A stretch of 35,275 nucleotides of DNA. Origin: Alphaproteobacteria bacterium (GTDB lineage: Bacteria; Pseudomonadota; Alphaproteobacteria; GCA-2731375). The DNA lies in contig JANQKO010000098.1 in the NCBI GenBank assembly GCA_028281075.1, forward strand, positions 1 to 35,275, given 5' to 3'. Positions 1 through 8,289 of the stretch are shown here, one piece after another. The position numbers and the translations under genes are program-made. Under the pieces are notes generated by a model, which was not told where the DNA came from, made no database searches, and saw only the letters and a list, made by a program, of their open reading frames with translations. Each line of letters starts with the position of its first letter. Positions within the stretch are counted from its first letter, which is position 1.

Positions 1-145
1 GGCTGCCGGTGACGTTGGGCGGCGGAATGACGATCGTGTAGGGCCTGGCGTCGGGCCGCCGGCCGCATTCGAAGGCGCCGGCGGCTTCCCAGTCGGCGTA
101 GGTCCGCTCCTCGACGTCGCGCGGACGATAGGTCTTGTCCAGCAT
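1..145 (-). CDS. valS: valyl-tRNA synthetase, 5' end only (the gene runs off the left edge)
   Basis: The reverse-strand ATG at 145 reads MLDKTYRPRDVEERTYADWEAAGAFECGRRPDARPYTIVIPPPNVTGS. This is a typical ValS N-terminus leading into the class I HIGH region. It lies downstream of popZ and tolC, as in many alphaproteobacteria. Confidence 0.75.
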   Translation of the reverse strand, partial: MLDKTYRPRDVEERTYADWEAAGAFECGRRPDARPYTIVIPPPNVTGS

Positions 146-237
146 CGCTGAACCCTTCTTCAAGAAATCGGATGGTGTCGCGTCACCTTGCCGGGAAACG
201 CGGACGGCCGTTCCGGTCGCTGCCGGTTGGGCGGGTG

Positions 238-903
238 CTACGGCTTGTCGGCCCGGCCGGCGATCTTCGAGATTTCTTTCTCGACGAGCCGTTCTACCAA
301 GGCCGGCAGATTGGCGTCCAGCCAGTCTTTCAACATCGGCCGCAGGAGCTCCTTGACCAGCTCCTCCAGCGTGCGGTTGCCGTTGCCCAGTTGCACGCCG
401 CGGGTGGCCGATATCGTGCCGGCGAGCTCGGCCAGTGAACCGGTCGCCGCGGTCGCCTGCGGCGGCGAGACCAGGTCCGCGTCGCTCACCGTTTCGGCCG
501 GCGGTGGCGCCAGCGCCTCGTCCGGCGCGAACGGGTCTTCCTCGGCGGGCGGCACCTCGTCCTCGTCGACGACCTCGGTCAACTCCAGGACATCGTCGTC
601 CTCGTCCTCGGCAAGCTCCGCGACCGGTTCCGGTTCGGGCTCCGGCTCGAGTTCGGGCTCCGGTTCCGGTTCCGGTTCCGGTTCCGGCTCGGGATCAGGT
701 TCGGTGGCGAGCTCCGGTTCGGGCTCCGGCTCGGGCGCGGGCTCCGGCTCGGCCGCCGCGGCTTCCGGCTCGGTCGCTTCCTGATCCTCCCCCTCCCCCT
801 CCTTGTCGTCCTCGGAGATGATCCGACGGATCGACGCCAGGATTTCCTCCATGGTCGGTTCCTGTTGGGAGTCAGGATCCTGCTGCGCTTCTTGCTCGCT
901 CAT
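238..903 (-). CDS. popZ: PopZ-like pole-organizing protein (DUF2497 family)
   Basis: The N-terminus [33 protein letters not shown] closely matches the Caulobacter PopZ N-terminus. A long Pro/Glu-rich linker follows. The C-terminus [36 protein letters not shown] matches the conserved DUF2497 helix. I prefer the ATG at 903; the longest ORF starts at 924. Confidence 0.85.
   Translation of the reverse strand: MSEQEAQQDPDSQQEPTMEEILASIRRIISEDDKEGEGEDQEATEPEAAAAEPEPAPEPEPEPELATEPDPEPEPEPEPEPEPELEPEPEPEPVAELAEDEDDDVLELTEVVDEDEVPPAEEDPFAPDEALAPPPAETVSDADLVSPPQATAATGSLAELAGTISATRGVQLGNGNRTLEELVKELLRPMLKDWLDANLPALVERLVEKEISKIAGRADKP
624..762. repeat. Tandem imperfect hexanucleotide repeat (CGGTTC / CGGCTC / GGGCTC units) encoding the (Glu-Pro)n linker of the PopZ-like protein
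   Basis: Visible runs include ccggttccggttccggttccggttccggctc. On the coding strand they translate as [22 protein letters not shown]. Confidence 0.8.
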
Positions 904-1016
904 TACCAACCCTTGGACCGGCACTGCTGATGCGCCGCCCTGACCTGCATGGTTAACGAAGGTATACTTTCAAAACCATTAACAAGCCAGATCGTCGCGA
1001 GGCCGCCGATCCGCGA

Positions 1017-2414
1017 TCATTCCGGCACGTCGGTCCCGAACCACTTGTTCCGGACCTCGTTCGCATGCCGGTTCGGGTCATGGAGCTCGACCGGCAACTC
1101 CAGTCTCCGGGCCGACAACTGGCCCATGGCCGCGATCAGACTGTAGGCGGCGACGTATTCGTCGCGCTCCGCGATGACCAGGTTGACCTGCGCGTCGAGC
1201 AACTCCTGCTCGGCGTCGAGCACGTCCAGCACCGTCCGGGCACCGACTTCCGACTCCTGCTGCACACCCTCGAGCGCGATCTCGTTCGCCCGCACCTCCT
1301 CGCGGAACGCCTCGATCTGCGAGGTCGCCGATTCCAGGACCTCCCAGGCCGAGGTTACGTCCTCGGTCACGCCGCGGCGCGACTGCTCGATCTCGACCCG
1401 CCGCTGGCTGCGCAGTTCCTTCGCCCGCCGGACGTCGCTGTAGACCGAGCCGGACTGGTAGAGCGGTACCGTGACCTGCGCCGTGACCGACTCGCTGCGA
1501 AAGCCGATATCCTCGGTCGAGGACTCGTCCGACCGGTCGACACGGCCGACCAGGCTGACCGACGGCAGCAGGCCGCCGACCGCGACCCGCACCGAATGCT
1601 TCGCCGCGTCCTCGTTACGCAACGCGGTCTCCAACTCGGGATTCTCGGTCAGGGCCAGGCTCAGCGCGTCCTGGACCGATCGCGGCATCTCCGGCAGCGG
1701 CGGCGCGGGCTGCAGGTCGCCGGGCGGCCGGCCGACGAAGTTCTCATAGTTGGCCGAGCTGGTGCCGAGGTCGCTCTCGGCGGCGATGCGGCCGGAAACC
1801 GCGCGCGACAGGCGCGCCTCGGCCTGGGCCACGTCGGTCCGGGTCACCTCGCCGACCTCGAACCGGTCCTGCGTCGCCTCGAGCTGGCGCTCCAGGACCC
1901 GCTGGTTGTTGGTGGTGAGCTGCACCCGGGCCTGATCCCGCAGCACGTTCATATAGGCGGTGATGGTGCCGAGCAGCACGTCCTGCTCGGTCGTGCGCAG
2001 GAAGGCCCGGTCGGCCAGAACCTCGCTTTCGGCCTGCCGGGTGCCGTAGACCGTGCGGCCGCCGCGATAGATCGGCTGCGTGAGCTGCAGCGATCCCGAC
2101 AGCGGCGTCAGGTCCTGCTCCTCGCGGTTGTCGGTCTTCGCCCGCTCCAGTCCGGCGGAGCCCGTGACCGTGACGGTCGGGCGCCAGCCCGACAGCGCCC
2201 GCGGCACGTTCTCGTCGGTCTGCCGCAGCAGCGCCCGGGCCCGGTTCAGCGTCGGGTTGGCCTGGTAGGCCTCGGTCAGGGCGTCGATCATCGACTCCGC
2301 GTGGACGGGCGTCGCGCCCAGGACAGCGCAGAGGCCGACAACGGCGGTTGTGGCAAGCAGACGTCTCTTCAAGGAACTCTCCTGCGCTGGCCGGGTGGAG
2401 GAGCGGGCCGGCAA
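1017..2414 (-). CDS. tolC: TolC-family outer membrane efflux / type I secretion protein
   Basis: The 465-aa ORF has a signal-like N-terminus (LKRRLLATTAVVGLCAVLGATPVHA). It also has the two-repeat OEP architecture typical of alphaproteobacterial TolC (LTEAYQANPTLNRARA..., LALTENPELETA...). An alternative TTG start at 2372 is preceded by AGGAGA with a 5-nt spacer. Confidence 0.9.
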   Translation of the reverse strand: MPARSSTRPAQESSLKRRLLATTAVVGLCAVLGATPVHAESMIDALTEAYQANPTLNRARALLRQTDENVPRALSGWRPTVTVTGSAGLERAKTDNREEQDLTPLSGSLQLTQPIYRGGRTVYGTRQAESEVLADRAFLRTTEQDVLLGTITAYMNVLRDQARVQLTTNNQRVLERQLEATQDRFEVGEVTRTDVAQAEARLSRAVSGRIAAESDLGTSSANYENFVGRPPGDLQPAPPLPEMPRSVQDALSLALTENPELETALRNEDAAKHSVRVAVGGLLPSVSLVGRVDRSDESSTEDIGFRSESVTAQVTVPLYQSGSVYSDVRRAKELRSQRRVEIEQSRRGVTEDVTSAWEVLESATSQIEAFREEVRANEIALEGVQQESEVGARTVLDVLDAEQELLDAQVNLVIAERDEYVAAYSLIAAMGQLSARRLELPVELHDPNRHANEVRNKWFGTDVPE

Positions 2415-2447
2415 CGTGATTCTCGACAGGACTCTTGGAACCGCATC

Positions 2448-2786
2448 CTAGTACAGCGACAATGTCGGGTCGATGTCCCGCGCCCAGGCATCGATCCCAC
2501 CGCCAAGGTTGATCGCCGCAATGCCCGACTGCCGGAGCCATTGCGTGACCTGCATGCTGCGCATGCCGTGATGGCAAAGCACGACCAGCGGCGACCCGGT
2601 CGGCAGTTCGCCGACGCGGCCGGGCAGCTCGCCCATCGGAATATGCAGGCTGCCCTCGATCCGGCAGATCTCCCACTCCCAGCCTTCCCGCACGTCCAGC
2701 AGGCCGAACGGCGTGCCGTCCCGGCGCATCCGGTCCACGGCGGCGGCGTCGAGTTCGAGCGGCAGCGTGTCGCCGTCGGCGGTCAT
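2448..2786 (-). CDS. single-domain rhodanese-like sulfurtransferase
   Basis: The 112-aa ORF has the active-site loop CHHGMRS and the motifs LLDVRE...E and GGIDAW. Confidence 0.85.
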   Translation of the reverse strand: MTADGDTLPLELDAAAVDRMRRDGTPFGLLDVREGWEWEICRIEGSLHIPMGELPGRVGELPTGSPLVVLCHHGMRSMQVTQWLRQSGIAAINLGGGIDAWARDIDPTLSLY

Positions 2787-2801
2787 GTCGTCGGCCCCCG
2801 G

Positions 2802-3473
2802 CTAGAACGTGAAACCCGGCTCGGCCTCGAAGCCGGGCAGAAGCTTGACATGGGCGTCGAAACACGGGCGCCCGTCGACGACGTCGCCGTGACGCCGGTA
2901 GACCCAGGCCTGGCCGGTGCCGTCCGCCTGCCGCACCACGACCAGCCGGCCGTCGTCGGCGAGCTGCTGCTTCAGACCGTCGGGGAGACGCTCGACCGCC
3001 CCGTTCATGAAAATCACGTCATAGGGGCCCTGGTCGGGCAGCCCGTCGGCCAGCACGCCGGTCACGACGCCGGCATTGTCGACGTCGAGCTGGTTCAGCA
3101 TTTCGTTGGCCTTGTCGGCCAGCGCAGGGTCGCTCTCCAACGCGACCACGCTGCCGGCCAACCGCGCCAGCACGGCCGTGGAGTAGCCCGTGGCGCAGCC
3201 GATATCGAGCACCACGTCCTGGTCCGACAGCGCCGCTTCCTGCAGCAGGCGCGCGAAGATCATCGGCTCCAGCAGGTAGCGGCCATCGCCGACCGGAATG
3301 TCCTCGTCGACATAGGCGACGCCGCGCAGGTTCTTCGGCACGAAGGGCTCGCGCGCGACGGCCAGCAGCGCGTCGGTCACACGCTCGTCCGTCACCTTGT
3401 TGGGCAGGATCTGCCCGTTGACCATGCTGACGCGGCGGCTGTCGGTATCGATCATGATCTGCTCGCGCTCCAT
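2802..3473 (-). CDS. pcm: protein-L-isoaspartate O-methyltransferase
   Basis: It carries the SAM-binding motif VLDIGCATGYSTAVLA and overall resembles alphaproteobacterial Pcm. It sits next to tolC in conserved synteny. Confidence 0.88.
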   Translation of the reverse strand: MEREQIMIDTDSRRVSMVNGQILPNKVTDERVTDALLAVAREPFVPKNLRGVAYVDEDIPVGDGRYLLEPMIFARLLQEAALSDQDVVLDIGCATGYSTAVLARLAGSVVALESDPALADKANEMLNQLDVDNAGVVTGVLADGLPDQGPYDVIFMNGAVERLPDGLKQQLADDGRLVVVRQADGTGQAWVYRRHGDVVDGRPCFDAHVKLLPGFEAEPGFTF

Positions 3474-3626
3474 TCAACGGCGCAAGTCTTATATGGCCAG
3501 CGCGCCGCCAAGACAACGCCCCGCGCCGCCGGTTCGCCGCCGGCCCGCGATTGGCGCATTGACCCGGACCCGGACGGCGGATTAAGTACAGGGCCGCCGG
3601 GACGCGCCTGTTCCGGCAATTTCTCC

Positions 3627-3700
3627 GGCGCGGTGGCGGAGTGGTTACGCAGAGGACTGCAAATCCTTTTACACCGGTTCGATTCCGGTCCGCGCCTCCA
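3627..3700 (+). tRNA. tRNA-Cys (anticodon GCA)
   Basis: The 74-nt cloverleaf has acceptor stem GGCGCGG / CCGCGCC and anticodon loop CTGCAAA. The T-arm is GGTTCGATTCC, the discriminator is T, and CCA is encoded. Confidence 0.93.
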
Positions 3701-3704
3701 ACCT
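3653..3704 (+). repeat. attL: 52-bp direct repeat (3' 48 nt of tRNA-Cys plus ACCT)
   Basis: aggactgcaaatccttttacaccggttcgattccggtccgcgcctccaacct is identical to 9238..9289. Confidence 0.9.
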
Positions 3705-4925
3705 ATTTCTTCTTTAGTTTCAATGATTTATTGGCCGGTTGCCGATTTTGGCTTCCGGCTTTTTCAGCGGTCCTGTGTAATTTGTGTGTAATCGTGTCAG
3801 GAATTTCGGGCATTTTGCGCCCTAATTTGCCGGCGGCGGCGTTGACGTGCGGCGCATGCAGATTGACGTAGCGCATCACCATATCGAGCGTGCGATGCCC
3901 GGAGATTTTCTTGACCGTGGCGACGTCGACGCCTTCCTGTACCAGATTGGTGATGGCGGTCCGCCGGCAGGTATGCGGCGTGACCTGTTTGGGGTCGAGC
4001 CCGGCACGCTCGGCGATCCTGGCGAACGGCCGGTTGAAATTGACCTGATGACCGTTGCGACTGCGCTCGCTCGGAAACAGCCAGCCGTTGGTGTCGTCGC
4101 GCATTTCCCGTTCGCGGGCCAGCACGTCCAGTAGCTCTTGCGGCACGGGCTGCCAGCGAGCGCCGGCTTTGGCGTTGGGTATGAAGATGCGCAAGTTGGC
4201 CGCGTCGATGTGTTCAAACCGCATGGCGACGATTTCAGATGACCGGCAGCTAGTCGACAGTGCGACAAGGACAAACAGCCAAGCGTCGGGTGACTGGTCG
4301 CCGATGGCGGCCTGCAACAGCGCGTCGCATTCGCTGTCACTGAGCGCGCGCATATTGGTTTCCGGTTCGTCATACATGGAGATATGCGGCAGGCGCTTGA
4401 GCCCGCCTTGCGGCAAGCCGTGCTTGAACATGTGTCGCAGCGTCGCCAGTTGACGGTAGCCGGCGCTAAGCCGAGATCGCGGCGCTCGCTCTTGTAGCGC
4501 TGGATATCAAGCTCGCTGATCCGATCCACACGCTTGTTGTTGAAGTGCGGCACCAGCGCCATTTTCAGATGCCGTCGCTTGATCGCAAGGTTCTTGCCGC
4601 CGGAGCCTTCAAGGTCCGAGATGTAGCGTGCGGCGGCTTCCTTGAACTTCCAATGCGTCTTGCGCTTGCGCGACAGGTCGAGCCGTTCGGTTCGGGCGTC
4701 TGTGCGAAGCTTTTCGACCAGCGTTTCGCAGGTGGTTCGGGTGGTGCCTTCCGACGCCCGGCCAACGGTGCGGTGTATGCGCTGCCCGTCGATCATTAGG
4801 GAAACGTAAAAGCGGACGTCGCCGTCAGTAAGCTTCTGGGCTTTGATGCCGGCTTCGGTTATCTGCTGGCCCGGCTTGAGGCCGCGAATGGCGGCACGCG
4901 TTAAGCGCTAGAACTTTCTGGCCAT
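3703..4925 (-). pseudogene. tyrosine recombinase / phage-type integrase, inactivated
   Basis: The N-terminal frame from the ATG at 4925 reads MARKF*RLTRAAIRGLKPG..., with an in-frame TAG at 4908..4910. It continues as ORF 3876..4796. The catalytic C-terminal half (HTCRRTAITNL, GHRTLDMVMRY) is in another frame (3703..4431). The frame changes near 4446..4454. Confidence 0.85.
3772..3792 (+). promoter_or_regulatory. candidate arm-type recombinase binding repeats (TGTGTAA units), attL side
   Basis: cctgtgtaatttgtgtgtaat carries two TGTGTAAT units. The same motif recurs near attR (9101..9139). Confidence 0.35.
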
Positions 4926-5149
4926 CGCTATTTTTTGTCATCCGGCACCGGCCCGAGCAACCCACTTCCGGGCATCGGCGTACCGCCGAAGCCTAGGCCA
5001 GACGGAAAGAGGAAATTTGGGTTCGTTGGGTCGTTGGATCGCGGCTCGGGCGTGAGTAGGCTATCCAGGATGACGGCCGCAATGTCGTCATAAATGGATG
5101 TCGGGTTTTCGGTGTCGGCATCACGCAACATCCCGAGCGTTGCCATTGC

Positions 5150-5903
5150 GGCCACCGTGCCAGCATACCACCGGCTGCTTGGGGTCTCCACCAGTGGCTA
5201 TTACGCGTGGCGTCATCATCGCCCGAGCCGGCGGACGCTCGACGACACGGCGCTGGAACAGCGGATCCGGGAGATCCACGCCATGTCCTATGGCACCTAT
5301 GGCGCGCCGCGCATCCATGCCGAGCTACGCGAGGCCGGCATACAGGCCGCCCGCAAGCGCGTCGCCCGACTGATGCGCCGGGCCGGCCTTGCCGGCGTTA
5401 GCCGGCGCAAACGGATCAAGACGACCCTGCGCGACAAGCGGGCGCGTCCGGCGCCAGACCTGGTCACACGGAACTTCTCGGCCGACGCCGCGGACAGCCT
5501 GTGGGTCGCCGACATCACCTATGTGCCGACCCGAGCCGGTTTCCTCTACCTCGCGGTTGTCCTCGATGCCTTCAGTCGACGTATCGTCGGCTGGGCGATG
5601 GCGACCCATCTGCGCGCCGAGCTGGTGCTGGAAGCCCTCGACATGGCCCTGGCGCGGCGCCGGCCCGAGGCCGTCATCCACCACTCCGATCAGGGCGCCC
5701 AGTACACCTCCATCGCCTTCGGCCAGCGCTACAAGGCGATGGGCGTCCGTCCTTCCATGGGATCGGTCGGCGATGCGTATGATAACGCCATGGCCGAAAG
5801 CTTCTTCGCAACACTGGAATGCGAACTGATCGACCGGCACCGCTTCCGCGATCAAGCCGAGGCACGGCAGGCGGTCTTCCACTTCATCGAAGGCTGGTAC
5901 AAT
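5150..5903 (+). pseudogene. IS3-family transposase OrfB, 5'-truncated and split by a second IS (element A, part 1)
   Basis: ORF 5094..5906 contains the motifs LLGVSTSGYYAWR and DITYV and the DDE core (HHSDQGAQYTS, DNAMAESFF). It ends abruptly at EGWYN at the IS insertion point. No OrfA or left IR is present upstream. Confidence 0.85.
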
Positions 5904-5929
5904 TGAACCGCGCCGGGTTTGCCGGAGGC
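5904..5929 (+). repeat. IRL of IS3-family element B
   Basis: tgaaccgcgccgggtttgccggaggc is the exact reverse complement of 7187..7212. Confidence 0.9.
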
Positions 5930-5953
5930 TTCAAACCTTGAGAGGTTGGAGCC

Positions 5954-6271
5954 ATGACGACACGCTACTCCCCGGAAGTTCAGGCGCGGGCTGTCCGCCT
6001 GGTTATGGAGCATGAGGCGGACTACCCGTCTCAGTGGGCAGCGATTGAATCGATCGCCGAGAAGATCGCGTGCACGGCCGAGACGCTGCGCCGTTGGGTG
6101 CGGCGCGCGGCGCGGGATGCTGGCCAGCGAGCCGGTCCTACGACGGATCAGCTCGCACGGCTGAAGGCGCTGGAGCCCGAGAACCGCGAGCTTCGGCAGG
6201 CGAACGAGATCCTGCGTAAGGCGAGCGCATATTTTGCTCAGGCGGAGCTCGACCGCCGGTTCAAGCCATGA
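5954..6271 (+). CDS. IS3-family transposase OrfA (HTH)
   Basis: The 105-aa ORF reads [51 protein letters not shown] and has a leucine-zipper-like C-terminus. This is typical of IS3 OrfA. Confidence 0.9.
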   Translation: MTTRYSPEVQARAVRLVMEHEADYPSQWAAIESIAEKIACTAETLRRWVRRAARDAGQRAGPTTDQLARLKALEPENRELRQANEILRKASAYFAQAELDRRFKP

Positions 6272-7173
6272 TCGCCTTCATTGACGATCATCGTGGAGAC
6301 TACAGGGTCGAGCCGATCTGCCGCGTGCTGCTGATCGCCCCGTCCACCTACTATGCCCACATCGCCCAGCAGGCCGACCCGTCATTGCTCTCTGACAGAG
6401 CCAAGCGGGACGCCGGGCTGAAGCCCGAGATCGAACGGGTCTGGCGAGAGAACTTCGAAGTCTACGGCGTACGCAAGGTGTGGCGCCAGCTGAATCGTGA
6501 AGGGATCGACGTCGCCCGATGCACGGTCGCGCGGCTGATGAACGATCTGGGCTTGGCCGGGGCCGTGCGCGGCAAGCCTGTGAAGACGACCAGGATCGAC
6601 CCGGCTGCGTCCTGCCCGGAAGATCGGGTGAACCGCCAGTTCCAGGCCGAGAGGCCGAACGCGCTCTGGCTCTCCGACTTCACCTATGTCGCCACCTGGG
6701 CAGGCTTCGTCTACGTCGCCTTCGTTATCGACGCCTATGCGCGGCGGATCGTCGGCTGGCGGGTATCCTGGTCCATGGAGACCGGCTTCGTGCTGGATGC
6801 GCTGGAGCAGGCCCTCTACGACCGGCGCCCCGCCGAGGGCGACGGCCTCATCCACCACAGCGACCGCGGCGTCCAGTACATCTCGATCAAGTACACCGAG
6901 CGCCTGGCCGAGGCCGGGATCGAGCCCTCGGTCGGCAGCGTCGGCGACAGCTACGACAACGCGCTGGCGGAAAGCGTGATCGGGCTCTTCAAGACGGAAG
7001 TCATTCGCCGCAGGGGGCCATGGCGCAATCTCGACGCCGTCGAGTTCGCCACGCTCGAATGGGTCGACTGGTTCAATAACCGACGCCTGCTCGAGCCGAT
7101 TGGAAACATCCCGCCCGCAGAGGCCGAAACACGCTACTATGCCCTATCCCGTGAGGACGCCATCGCCGCTTGA
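6268..7173 (+). CDS. IS3-family transposase OrfB (DDE integrase core)
   Basis: The 301-aa ORF has the motifs [20 protein letters not shown] and [15 protein letters not shown]. It is in the -1 frame relative to orfA, with an ATGA overlap. Confidence 0.9.
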   Translation: MIAFIDDHRGDYRVEPICRVLLIAPSTYYAHIAQQADPSLLSDRAKRDAGLKPEIERVWRENFEVYGVRKVWRQLNREGIDVARCTVARLMNDLGLAGAVRGKPVKTTRIDPAASCPEDRVNRQFQAERPNALWLSDFTYVATWAGFVYVAFVIDAYARRIVGWRVSWSMETGFVLDALEQALYDRRPAEGDGLIHHSDRGVQYISIKYTERLAEAGIEPSVGSVGDSYDNALAESVIGLFKTEVIRRRGPWRNLDAVEFATLEWVDWFNNRRLLEPIGNIPPAEAETRYYALSREDAIAA

Positions 7174-7186
7174 CTCACACAAACCT

Positions 7187-7212
7187 GCCTCCGGCAAACC
7201 CGGCGCGGTTCA
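7187..7212 (-). repeat. IRR of IS3-family element B
   Basis: gcctccggcaaacccggcgcggttca is the reverse complement of IRL, matching 26/26. Confidence 0.9.
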
Positions 7213-7213
7213 A

Positions 7214-7326
7214 AATTCTCGCCGAAGGCACTCGGCCATTGGCTATCTGTCACCAATCAACTACGAAAGGAAGAGCATCCCCCTTTGCGCAAATCCGTAA
7301 CCGTCCACGAAAGTGGGGCAACTCCA
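7214..7326 (+). pseudogene. IS3-family element A, part 2: 3' end of OrfB plus right terminus
   Basis: It reads NSRRRHSAIGYLSPINYERK... in frame with EGWYN at 5903, with the stop at 7298..7300. A terminal sequence then ends ...gtccacgaaagtggggcaactcCA at 7326. The GC content drops immediately after that point. Confidence 0.75.
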
Positions 7327-7344
7327 ATCATTCAATGTGTACGC

Positions 7345-7809
7345 CTATTTCTTTTGGAGACAGGCTGCCTTTAGCATGGCATATGATTGATTGGCATCGG
7401 AGTATTTGTCGGAGCTGGAGCCCGATGCATCGATGGATTCTCTTATTATACCAGTAATTATGGTAATGCTGTCTTCATTCCAGTTCGCTATGACATTAGA
7501 TTCCAATATCAAAATTCTGGAAATGGTGGAAGTTTTGCTCGCAAAGGTCATGCGGCCGCAAGGATTATTTGCTGCGACTTGAACACTCAATGCGGCAAAT
7601 TTGGAAACAAGGTCGTCAAGCAAGTTATCTAGCTTGGATACGCGCGTGGACGGCTTTGTGTAGCTGATGAAGGCGAAACTGATCTCCGTACCCGGTTCCG
7701 CTTGCCAGTGAACAATTCCCCATACGAGCAGCATCAAAAGCAGAAAGCCCACGATCCCGAGGCGGCCAAATTCACTAACGACGTCCCAAAGAGTTTTTTG
7801 TCCATCCAT
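7345..7809 (-). CDS. hypothetical membrane-anchored protein (orphan island cargo)
   Basis: A 154-codon ORF lies in low-GC DNA, where open frames of this length are unlikely by chance. It has one N-terminal TM helix (LGIVGFLLLMLLVWGIVHW). I recognise no domain. Confidence 0.6.
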   Translation of the reverse strand: MDGQKTLWDVVSEFGRLGIVGFLLLMLLVWGIVHWQAEPGTEISFAFISYTKPSTRVSKLDNLLDDLVSKFAALSVQVAANNPCGRMTFASKTSTISRILILESNVIANWNEDSITIITGIIRESIDASGSSSDKYSDANQSYAMLKAACLQKK

Positions 7810-8023
7810 GACGCCCTCGCATTTGTCGTTATCATCGGACGTCTCTCAATTTAGCCGTGAAGCAGTTAAGCGCCTAGTTGCCGGAATTGCGATGAAGTGG
7901 CGGTGTCCGTCCGTTCTGGACCTTCAACCTTTATGACATCTGTCCGATAGCCCTATTCTATCTCGACTGCCTTCTTATGAAGTTGGGGGTGCCGAGTGGA
8001 CAGGGACGAGAGTTTGGTGCTGT

Positions 8024-8220
8024 GTAAGCGTCGCGGGCAGGCCACGTTGTCAGTTGCTTGACGACAGTCACGCAGCCTTGTCGACGGCCCTTACGAAGTT
8101 CCAGGGTCACACCATCGACCGCATCGATGAGCCACTGCCCTGGAACTTCGCTGCAAATAGGGAACTCGCCCCGTAGCTCGCCTCAATAGCCCAGCGCCGT
8201 GGTCAACTCGCGACGCTTAC
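8024..8220 (+). mobile_element. IS66-family-derived miniature relic (both IRs plus the 3' end of the transposase gene)
   Basis: The termini are GTAAGCGTCGCG (8024..8035) and CGCGACGCTTAC (8209..8220), which is an exact 12-bp IR that extends imperfectly to about 23 bp. The internal frame ends ...HTIDRIDEPLPWNF..., with the stop at 8174..8176. This resembles the conserved IS66 TnpC C-terminus (RIDELLPWNW). Confidence 0.6.
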
Positions 8221-8289
8221 TCTGAAGCTAAATGCAGACGGTTTGAATAACGCGCCGCGAAGCCCCAGAATATCGCAACTGCTGAGAGT

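Larger units (their letters stand above)
5904..7213 (+). mobile_element. Intact IS3-family insertion sequence (element B), about 1.31 kb
   Basis: It has perfect 26-bp terminal inverted repeats of TG...CA type and overlapping orfA/orfB in a -1 arrangement. It is flanked by AAT (5901..5903 and 7214..7216). Confidence 0.9.

Noticed and set aside
624-762. Short-period repeats considered as a possible CRISPR array or VNTR
   Set aside because: The repeat unit is only 6 nt with no spacers, and it lies inside a coding sequence. It is a coding low-complexity tract, not a CRISPR array.
188-784. 198-aa ORF with a long Ser-Gly repeat
   Set aside because: It is the antisense reading of the (Glu-Pro)n repeat of the PopZ-like gene. 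The minus-strand frame has conserved PopZ termini.
1065-3791. 908-aa ORF on the plus strand spanning tolC, rhodanese, pcm and the tRNA
   Set aside because: It is antisense to three genes with clear homology and runs through a tRNA gene. Its Arg/Gly/Ala/Pro-rich composition is typical of off-frame ORFs in 70% GC DNA.
4928-5191. 87-aa minus-strand ORF whose stop abuts the integrase ATG
   Set aside because: Its 5' part overlaps the truncated IS3 OrfB sequence on the other strand, so the ORF as drawn is chimeric. The 4928..5150 portion may be the 3' remnant of an island gene cut by the IS. I recognise no homology, so I did not call it.
8016-8228. 8-bp target-site duplication expected for an IS66-type insertion
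   Set aside because: The flanks ggtgctgt and tctgaagc do not match, so I claim no TSD. The relic may be rearranged.
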